A stretch of 64,000 nt of DNA from Bacteroidales bacterium (GTDB lineage: Bacteria > Bacteroidota > Bacteroidia > Bacteroidales > CAIWKO01): the NCBI GenBank assembly GCA_963678485.1, contig OY782882.1:4066339-4130338 (forward strand). Direction: 5' to 3'. Every line of letters begins with the position of its first letter. Within the stretch, counting starts at the first letter, position 1. The position numbers and the translations under genes are program-made. This document shows positions 41,842 through 49,606 of this stretch, one piece after another. The notes beneath the pieces are model-generated. The model was not told where the DNA came from and did no database searches. It was given only the letters and a program-made list of their open reading frames with translations.

Positions 41842-43617
41842 ATGATCGGAACCCAAATATTGAACTACCGCATCGAACGCCTTATTGGAGAAGGTGGCAT
41901 GGGGAACGTGTATCTGGGTGTGCATACACATATTGGGCGTAAGGTGGCCATCAAGGCGCTGAATCCCGGATTGGCCAAGAATCCTGAGATACGCGAGCGT
42001 TTTAAAAATGAAGCTTCCATGTTATCGCAGCTTCATCATCCGAACATCGTGCAATTGTACGATTATGTCGAGATGGAGCAAGGCGTTTTTTTGGTAATGG
42101 AATTCGCCGATGGTCAACCGCTGGATGAATATATTGAAAAGGTAACAGGTCCCATCCCTGAAGATAAGGCCTTACCAATGTTTGCAAAAATATTGGATGG
42201 TGTGGCCTATGCGCATAAAAAAAATGTGGTTCATCGGGATATTAAACCTTCCAATATTATTGTCAGCCCTGAAGGTAAGGTGAAGATTCTTGATTTTGGT
42301 ATTGCTAAAATTATCGGCGATAGTAATCATAAACTCACCAAAACAGGCACAAAGCTGGGCACTGTGCTCTATATGAGCCCGGAGCAAGTGAAAGGACAAA
42401 CACTTGATTTGCGAACCGACATCTATTCACTTGGAATTACGTTGTTTGAAATGCTAACGGGTAAATGTCCCTTCGATAGCAACAGCACAGAATACGAGGT
42501 TTACAAAAAAATTGTTGAAGAGCCAATGACCGACGCACGCACTCTGTATCCTGCTGTGAGTGCGCATTGCGCAAATGTTATCTTTAAGGCGACAAGCAAG
42601 GATGCCAATGATCGTTTTCAGGATTGTGCTGAATTTAAACAGTATTTACTGAACCCGCCAGTTGTTGCTGAAGCTACATCAACAAAGGACAAAAAGAAAA
42701 AACAGAAAGCTGCTGCAGTGTCCGCTGTTGGAGCAACGGCAACAGGAGTTTCAGCAAAGCGGCCACGGAAAAGGAATCTGTTGTTTTGGAATATTTTCAT
42801 GGCGTGTTTCCTTCTTACAGCATTGTGCATTACTACATACAAGCTTTTGTATGTAACTGAAGATCGTTACGTCATTGCATCCAAATTATATCTGAGAAGT
42901 TCAAAGAGCGTGGCAAGTAATGATAACGCAATCAAAGTAGTTGAATTCGGCGGACAGGTTCAAATTATTGATGAAGACAGTAATCCTGATGATGATGGAT
43001 TAACCTGGGCTAAAGTCCGCGATGCTTCGGGCAAAGAGGGATATGTTGCATTGAATTACCTTGGAACAAGAAAAGAATATGAGCAGATTCGTGGGATGTT
43101 TCTAGGCGAATCACAGGATCAAACTGTTGTTCAATATAAACTTGCTTTGCGCGATTACTTTGCTGAACAAGGATATTTCGATAGTGACCTTGATCCTAAA
43201 TGGAAGTTGAGTCCGGAAGGTGCTGGTTCAATCTACAATTGTTTTACTATAGGCGATTTTAATAATGACGGATTGGACGATTACGCTTGTGTAATCAGCA
43301 ATAAATATTACGAGGGCTGGCGATTGCTCGTTTTTGTAGCGAAAGGACATACTGAAACATCGCTTATTCTTGATGAAGAGATTTTTTATCAGGGATTAGT
43401 TTTAATTATGAAAAAGGGAGAGAAGATCAGCACTGGACGAACAAAGAACGTGATGGAATATGACGATGATGGTAATGTAGTGCAAACTTCAAAAAAAATC
43501 TATGAGTCGTTAGGCTCTGATGCATTAATATTGAAAGATAAATCCAATGGAAAGCGCCAGTTGTATGTGTTTAACCTGGGCGAAGGAAGCTTTAATCAAC
43601 CCATAGAAATGAAATGA
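41842..43617 (+). CDS. Hanks-type Ser/Thr protein kinase with a TM helix and extracytoplasmic SH3b-like and additional domains
   Basis: Kinase motifs are present: GEGGMGNVY, VAIK, HRDIKPSN, DFGIAK and SPE. The TM helix is LLFWNIFMACFLLTALCI. The SH3b-like region is VVEFGGQVQIIDE...GYVALNYL. Confidence 0.85.
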   Translation: MIGTQILNYRIERLIGEGGMGNVYLGVHTHIGRKVAIKALNPGLAKNPEIRERFKNEASMLSQLHHPNIVQLYDYVEMEQGVFLVMEFADGQPLDEYIEKVTGPIPEDKALPMFAKILDGVAYAHKKNVVHRDIKPSNIIVSPEGKVKILDFGIAKIIGDSNHKLTKTGTKLGTVLYMSPEQVKGQTLDLRTDIYSLGITLFEMLTGKCPFDSNSTEYEVYKKIVEEPMTDARTLYPAVSAHCANVIFKATSKDANDRFQDCAEFKQYLLNPPVVAEATSTKDKKKKQKAAAVSAVGATATGVSAKRPRKRNLLFWNIFMACFLLTALCITTYKLLYVTEDRYVIASKLYLRSSKSVASNDNAIKVVEFGGQVQIIDEDSNPDDDGLTWAKVRDASGKEGYVALNYLGTRKEYEQIRGMFLGESQDQTVVQYKLALRDYFAEQGYFDSDLDPKWKLSPEGAGSIYNCFTIGDFNNDGLDDYACVISNKYYEGWRLLVFVAKGHTETSLILDEEIFYQGLVLIMKKGEKISTGRTKNVMEYDDDGNVVQTSKKIYESLGSDALILKDKSNGKRQLYVFNLGEGSFNQPIEMK

Positions 43618-44909
43618 GAACACTCACAATAGGCAGGAGCAATTCGAATGATGTTGTTATCAAAGATACCTTTGTATCTGGATCGCATTGTTCGATAACG
43701 ATGGATGATAAAGGTGTGTTCTATTTGCAGGACCTCGGTTCAAGCAATGGCACATTTGTCAATGGAAAGCGCGTGCAGCAGGCATGGTTAAGAAGCAATG
43801 ATATTGTTAAGCTTGGTGAAACCGTAATTCCATGGCAGGAGTATTTTCAGGCCCCGAACGATAGTCATCTTAATGGAAATATAATCCGCAAGGTAACCAT
43901 GGGCCGTGCCCCAGATAACGAAATTGTTGTTGGTGATGATTTTGTTTCTTCGCATCATGCGGAGATTCTTATCACTGATCAAAATGAATATCTTGTTCAG
44001 GATTTAAATAGCACCAATGGTACTTTTGTTAATGACCGCAGAGTGATATCTTCTTTGCTGGTTCCCGGCGATCGTCTGCGACTTGCTCGTATTACGCTGG
44101 AATGGACCATGTTCTTCAGTGCACCTGCGTACAGTGAAACTCATACTGAAAAAAAATCCGCAAAGAGCTGGATTATTCCAACGCTGATTGCGCTAGGTGT
44201 TGTACTTGTTATAATCCTTGGCATCATGGGCATCATGAATATGAAAGGCAAGAGTACAAATGAAGAGGATCATTTGAATTCGAACGATACCACACTATCT
44301 GCCGGTAGTTTCAGTGATATGGTCAAAAGAGTTGAACAATCGGTTTTTTTGATTGAAAGCTATGATCGATACGGAAACAGCATGCAGGGTACGGGATTCT
44401 TTATTGCTGAAAATGGTATGGGTATCACCAATTATCATGTGGTTGAGGGTGGTACCAAATGGGTAATAAAGACAGTTGATGGCGCTTCCTATGAAGTCGA
44501 TGATTTTGTGGAACGGAACAAGAAATACGATTATGCCGTTTTCACGATTAATAATTCCGGCGATTATTTCAGGCCATTGCGCCGAAGCCTGAATACTCCA
44601 TCAAAAGGTGAGGAAATCTTCGTTATCGGAAATCCTCAGGGCATCGAAAGTACGGTCACCAAAGGTATTGTTTCAGGCCTGAAAGGCGGAACAGAAGACG
44701 ATATTATGAACGGAACATTCTCCGAAGGAAGTAATTTTGTTCAGATTGATGTTGCCATTTCCCATGGTAGCAGCGGTAGTCCGGTGCTAAATATGAAAGG
44801 TGAGGTGGTTGGAATTGCAACGCTCTCGTTTCAGGAATCCAATTGTATCAATTGTAACTTCGCTGTAAATATTCAATTGGTAAAACAGTATGTTGAGCCA
44901 AAACGATAG
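43614..44909 (+). CDS. Tandem-FHA, single-TM, trypsin-like (S1/HtrA-type) serine protease
   Basis: There are two FHA domains (GRSNSNDVVI...SGSH...NGTFVNG; GRAPDNEIVV...SSHH...NGTFVND). The TM helix is IIPTLIALGVVLVIILGIMGI. Protease residues are TNYHVV, DYAVF and the catalytic-Ser loop HGSSGSPV. The start overlaps the kinase stop (ATGA). Confidence 0.8.
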   Translation: MRTLTIGRSNSNDVVIKDTFVSGSHCSITMDDKGVFYLQDLGSSNGTFVNGKRVQQAWLRSNDIVKLGETVIPWQEYFQAPNDSHLNGNIIRKVTMGRAPDNEIVVGDDFVSSHHAEILITDQNEYLVQDLNSTNGTFVNDRRVISSLLVPGDRLRLARITLEWTMFFSAPAYSETHTEKKSAKSWIIPTLIALGVVLVIILGIMGIMNMKGKSTNEEDHLNSNDTTLSAGSFSDMVKRVEQSVFLIESYDRYGNSMQGTGFFIAENGMGITNYHVVEGGTKWVIKTVDGASYEVDDFVERNKKYDYAVFTINNSGDYFRPLRRSLNTPSKGEEIFVIGNPQGIESTVTKGIVSGLKGGTEDDIMNGTFSEGSNFVQIDVAISHGSSGSPVLNMKGEVVGIATLSFQESNCINCNFAVNIQLVKQYVEPKR

Positions 44910-45041
44910 CTGGAGAATTTGTAGATTGGTAAATTAGTTTTTACAGCACTTCTCACATTGAAAACCTTTTCAAATAACGTCTTGTTTCTTAGAGCAAAGG
45001 CCCTATAAGGGGTTATTGGGTTTACAAGTTAATTGGGTTTT
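44836..45041 (+). repeat. Left copy of the 206-211 bp target-site duplication flanking the IS
   Basis: It is identical to 46721-46926, possibly extended by 5 bp (TCAGG) on the left. It contains the last ~74 nt of the protease CDS plus 132 bp downstream. Confidence 0.85.
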
Positions 45042-46720
45042 CCTGACTTTGACACTTTAAAAATCACGAATTTGTAACTACCACAAATACATTCACATAT
45101 AAATTTTGCGCCACCCGTTTGGGTGACGCAAGAACAAAATGACTTATTTTAGCGTATGTTCATACGTAAAAAGAAAAATAGGTCAGGAACCACGAGTGTA
45201 GTCGTTGTAGATAAAACTCATGGGAAATATATCGAATTAAAAACAATTGGGGTAAGTAGTGATAGTTCCCAGATCGATAATCTGATAAAACAAGCAAAAC
45301 AATGGATAGATGCTCAATGTGGTATCCAAGATGTTTTTTGTATAAAAGCCAAGGAGCAAGAAGAAAAACAGGTAACTGAACACTTGTTGTCAAACATTGA
45401 AAACATCCTAATCAATGGCACGCAGTTGATTTTGGATAAGGTATTCCATCTTATTGGTTTCGATAAAATATATGATGACATATTGCGTCATTTGGTTGTT
45501 GCCCGTTTAAGCCAACCGATGAGCAAGTCGGCTACGGTAGATTATCTAAAATCATATTTTGATGAAGATGTGCAGCTATACAAGATATATCGTTATTTGG
45601 ACAAACTATACAATACCCAACAAGAGCGGATACAGCAAATCAGTGTTGAGCACACACGGAAGATATTGGGTGGTAAAATCGGCTTAATGTTTTATGATGT
45701 AACCACACTTTATTTTGAGTCTGATTATGGTGATGAACTAAGAGAAAATGGGTTTTCTAAAGACGGAAAGCACAGTCAGCCACAAGTAGTGCTGGGTTTA
45801 TTAGTAAGTAAAGGGGGCTATCCCCTTTCTTACTCTATTTTCAACGGCTCTCAATACGAGGGGCGAACGATGTTGCCCATAATTGACGATTTTGTTCGAC
45901 GTTTTAATTTGGATGACTTTGTAGTGGTTGCCGATTCGGGTTTGATGAGTAAATCAAACATATCATTGTTGGAATCCGGGGGGTACAAATACATTATCGG
46001 GGCAAGAATAAAAAACGAGACGGAAGAAATCAAGCAATGGATTTTATCTTTAGATAAATGCGATAATGAATTTCACGAACTAAAAAAGGAGAATACCCGG
46101 TTAATTGTAGGATATTCTTCAACCAGGGCAAAGAAAGACAAATACAATAGGGAAAAAGGCGTTAAACGCCTTCAGAAAGCCTATAAGAGTGGTAATATAA
46201 CGAAAGAAAATATCAACAAACGGGGTTATAATAAATTCTTGGAAATTTCGGATAATGTAAAAGTTTGCATTAATCAACATAAGATTGAAGAAGATGCTCA
46301 ATGGGACGGGCTAAAAGGATATATAACCAATACAACACTTTCGGCACAAGATGTTTATGAGCAATACAATGGCTTGTGGGTGGTCGAGAATGCTTTCAGG
46401 GTAACAAAAGGAACACTTGAAATGCGTCCGATGTTTCACTTTACACCACGCAGAATAGAAGCACATGTATGCATATGTTTTATAGCTTATAAGGTATATA
46501 AGGAGTTGGATCGGATACTAAAAACCAACAACATAAACCTGAGTGTAGATAAAGTACTTAGCATCGCCAAAACCATAACTACTGTCAAAGTCAGATTGCC
46601 ACTCAGCGATACTATCATGTCAAAGACAATGCTTGTCACGACAAGGCACAAATCTATTGCTATGCTATTTGATGAAAATTTCTGGAAAAATTTTTAGGGT
46701 GACGCATAGTCAAAGTCAGG
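45042..46720 (+). mobile_element. IS1634-family (IS4-related) insertion sequence with a 12-bp perfect terminal inverted repeat CCTGACTTTGAC and a very long target-site duplication
   Basis: The 12-bp inverted repeat lies at 45042-45053 and 46709-46720. It carries a single 513-aa transposase ORF. Flanking direct repeats of about 206-211 bp are present. Confidence 0.75.
45156..46697 (+). CDS. IS1634-family DDE transposase
   Basis: The ORF is 513 aa. The N-terminus MFIRKKKNRSGTTSVVVVDK and overall architecture are typical of IS1634-type transposases. An RNase-H-like DDE region is present. Confidence 0.7.
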   Translation: MFIRKKKNRSGTTSVVVVDKTHGKYIELKTIGVSSDSSQIDNLIKQAKQWIDAQCGIQDVFCIKAKEQEEKQVTEHLLSNIENILINGTQLILDKVFHLIGFDKIYDDILRHLVVARLSQPMSKSATVDYLKSYFDEDVQLYKIYRYLDKLYNTQQERIQQISVEHTRKILGGKIGLMFYDVTTLYFESDYGDELRENGFSKDGKHSQPQVVLGLLVSKGGYPLSYSIFNGSQYEGRTMLPIIDDFVRRFNLDDFVVVADSGLMSKSNISLLESGGYKYIIGARIKNETEEIKQWILSLDKCDNEFHELKKENTRLIVGYSSTRAKKDKYNREKGVKRLQKAYKSGNITKENINKRGYNKFLEISDNVKVCINQHKIEEDAQWDGLKGYITNTTLSAQDVYEQYNGLWVVENAFRVTKGTLEMRPMFHFTPRRIEAHVCICFIAYKVYKELDRILKTNNINLSVDKVLSIAKTITTVKVRLPLSDTIMSKTMLVTTRHKSIAMLFDENFWKNF

Positions 46721-46926
46721 AATCCAATTGTATCAATTGTAACTTCGCTGTAAATATTCAATTGGTAAAACAGTATGTTGAGCCAAAACGATAGCTGGAG
46801 AATTTGTAGATTGGTAAATTAGTTTTTACAGCACTTCTCACATTGAAAACCTTTTCAAATAACGTCTTGTTTCTTAGAGCAAAGGCCCTATAAGGGGTTA
46901 TTGGGTTTACAAGTTAATTGGGTTTT
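46721..46926 (+). repeat. Right copy of the IS target-site duplication
   Basis: It is identical to 44836-45041. Confidence 0.85.
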
Positions 46927-47016
46927 GAAGGTGGTTAAGCATACAGCGGCATAATTCTGAGAATAGTATACTACACTTAGAATACCTTGATAGCATTGAT
47001 GAAGCGATTGATATTT

Positions 47017-47442
47017 CTATTTTGAGTTGAAATCCACTCCTTCAAAATCGGATATCTTCTGCTTCCATTCCTCGGGTATTGGCTGGCTTTCCTGTTTCCA
47101 AACGTTATAACAAACCAAAACTGCAAGGCAGCTTGAATAAAGGATATCGCTCTGTGTATCGCACAACTGATGTTCAAGTGTCATGCTTTTATTGCCGATT
47201 TTTATGACTCTTGTTTTAACAACAATCTGTGTACGCATGAAGACAGGAAGAATGTAATCTATTTTTACTGAAGCACCCACTACGCCTAGTTCGTTGAAGT
47301 CCATTTCAGGCAGAACCTTATCGAAATAATCCACTTTGCCAAGATCGTAATAATTCTGATATTGAGTGTTTGAAACATGTCCTAAAGAGTCTACATCGCT
47401 AAAGCGCAGTTGAACCGGGATTATACTTTTGAATACTTCCAT
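47017..47442 (-). CDS. Hotdog-fold acyl-CoA thioesterase (4HBT/YbgC-like)
   Basis: The ORF is 141 aa. The N-terminal RFSDVDSLGHVSNTQY segment is typical of 4HBT thioesterases. Confidence 0.55.
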   Translation of the reverse strand: MEVFKSIIPVQLRFSDVDSLGHVSNTQYQNYYDLGKVDYFDKVLPEMDFNELGVVGASVKIDYILPVFMRTQIVVKTRVIKIGNKSMTLEHQLCDTQSDILYSSCLAVLVCYNVWKQESQPIPEEWKQKISDFEGVDFNSK

Positions 47443-47592
47443 TTTTACCTGATGTTTCAGTGAGCCGTTGTAATAATTTTGGTGATTAGCACCAGAGAAT
47501 ATTAAACAAATATCGGCAATATTCTTACACCTGCAAATAGTGCAGAATTTTCATGTTTAATGATGAATAATATATGAATATGACAATGGTTT

Positions 47593-48324
47593 CTACGTCA
47601 GTCCATTGTTTTCGAGAAGTGCGAAAAATGATTTTCGATAGTTCTCACCGACAGGAATCAACTGATCGCCTATTCGGATGCGATTGCGTTCCACAGAAGT
47701 GATTTTATCCAGTGCAATCATGTAGCTGCGGTGCACTCTCACAAAGCGTGGTTCGGTAAGCACACTTTCCACTTTCTTAAAACTTTGCAACGTCATGATG
47801 CGTTCTTTAGTGGTGACAATCCTTACGTAGTCGCCCATTCCTTCGATATAGAGGATATCGGAAAGAAATACTTTTTGAAGACGAAATTCGGTTTTTACAA
47901 AGAAGAAGTCCTTTTCGTTTGGTTTTGCTGCGCTTTCGAGTTGCTGCATAACCGGCATTTTCTTAAGACTTATTTTTTCGTACACTTTATCAACCGCTAT
48001 CAGGAAGCGCTCGAAGGAAATAGGTTTTAATAAATAATCGGTCACATCAAGATCAAATCCCTGAATAGCATATTCGTTATATGCGGTTGTAAAAATAACT
48101 TCCGGACGTTCTTTCAGAACTTTCAATAATTGTATACCAGAGAGTTCTTCCATTTGAATATCTAGAAATAGCAAATCTACCTTGTTTTGCTTGAGGTAGT
48201 CGATGCATTCAAGGGCACTGGTGAAGGATTTTTTAAGATCCAGATACGGAATCTTTTTAATATATTCTTCGAGGATATTCAGGGCGAGTGGTTCGTCGTC
48301 AACCACTATACAAGGGATGATCAT
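47593..48324 (-). CDS. LytTR-family response regulator
   Basis: The receiver domain has IVVDDEPLAL, the phospho-acceptor Asp in LFLDIQM, and K105. The C-terminal LytTR DNA-binding domain is present. Confidence 0.8.
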   Translation of the reverse strand: MIIPCIVVDDEPLALNILEEYIKKIPYLDLKKSFTSALECIDYLKQNKVDLLFLDIQMEELSGIQLLKVLKERPEVIFTTAYNEYAIQGFDLDVTDYLLKPISFERFLIAVDKVYEKISLKKMPVMQQLESAAKPNEKDFFFVKTEFRLQKVFLSDILYIEGMGDYVRIVTTKERIMTLQSFKKVESVLTEPRFVRVHRSYMIALDKITSVERNRIRIGDQLIPVGENYRKSFFALLENNGLT

Positions 48325-49415
48325 AATTCTTTTAATATTAGTTTAACGTGATAGGTATTGCCTTCAATACCTGCAGTTAGCTCATGTTTTCCAGGATAGG
48401 TAATTTCCAACCGGCGTTTTACATTCTGCATACCTATACCTTTTTGTGGATCTTTACTCTGGTTTTCGTTTTCGGAAAGAAAGCTGGTGATCTCGAAGAA
48501 AAAGCGAGAACCTTCGCAATTGATATTTATAATGATTCCCGGAGCTTCCACGCTTTTGCTTCCATGCTTAAATGCATTTTCGATAAAGGTGATAAGTAGC
48601 ATAGGAGGGATGAGCTTCCCTTCTGTTTGACCTTTCAAATCAAACTTTATAAAGTTGGGTGTGTTGATGCGAAGTTGTTGTAATTCGATATAACTTTTGA
48701 TGTAGGTGATTTCTTTTTCAAGAAAAACTTTTTCCGTATTGCTTTCATATAGCATATAACGAAGGATGTCGCTGAGTTTCATTAATGCTCCGGGGGCTTC
48801 ATCCGACTTTCTGTAAACCAGTGAATACAGGTTGTTGAGCGTGTTGAATAAAAAATGTGGATTGATTTGCGAACGTAATAATGCTATTTCTGCTTGCTGA
48901 CTTTGTTTTTCCAACTCATCTTTTTGTTTTTGTGCTTTTATCCATCCAACAAAAAATGTGATAAGTAGAGAAATCACTGTATAGATTAGTGTAGTGACAA
49001 AATACTGCATTATATCAATGTACCATGCAACGATTTCATCATCTGGTTTTGCGTAGTAATGGTCAAGCACCTGACCTGCATAAAATCTGATTGCAGTAAA
49101 TACAATCACTACAGGAATCAGCCACCACATATAACGTAGTGTCTGCGTACTTTTCATTACATTTTTGTTGATGAATAAAAAACAAATATAGAAGTTAAGA
49201 ATATTTGTCAATCCGAATACGAAAAGGTATTCAAACAATCCCGGATGCCCCATCTCCGTAATAATTGAAGAAGTGATTGGCAATCCCAGGAAAAGCAGCC
49301 AGAATACAGAGTGCAGTAAAATGTGATGCTTGAGTTTCATGTTGAATGATGGTTGAGAATAAAGGGTCTGTTGAAAATTAGAATGTAAATATAACATGTT
49401 TTTTTTGTGGAACAA
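48321..49415 (-). CDS. LytS-type sensor histidine kinase (5-6 TM helices plus His_kinase/HATPase)
   Basis: The phospho-His box is LRSQINPHFLFNTLNNL. It is multi-TM at the N-terminus. It overlaps the regulator gene by 4 bp. Confidence 0.8.
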   Translation of the reverse strand: MFHKKNMLYLHSNFQQTLYSQPSFNMKLKHHILLHSVFWLLFLGLPITSSIITEMGHPGLFEYLFVFGLTNILNFYICFLFINKNVMKSTQTLRYMWWLIPVVIVFTAIRFYAGQVLDHYYAKPDDEIVAWYIDIMQYFVTTLIYTVISLLITFFVGWIKAQKQKDELEKQSQQAEIALLRSQINPHFLFNTLNNLYSLVYRKSDEAPGALMKLSDILRYMLYESNTEKVFLEKEITYIKSYIELQQLRINTPNFIKFDLKGQTEGKLIPPMLLITFIENAFKHGSKSVEAPGIIININCEGSRFFFEITSFLSENENQSKDPQKGIGMQNVKRRLEITYPGKHELTAGIEGNTYHVKLILKEL

Positions 49416-49606
49416 TCAATGCACTGTTTATAAACGACCAACCTAGTTATTCATCCGTTCAAAACGATACTTTAATCGCTCAACACGTAATATGTACTTT
49501 ATAGTGCGTGTGCCTGATAATTAGGCCGTTTCAACGATTTTATTTGCATTAAGGAATAGGGTGAGGCTACTTTCGCTTCATCAAAATTCAAAAAAACTCA
49601 CGACCG

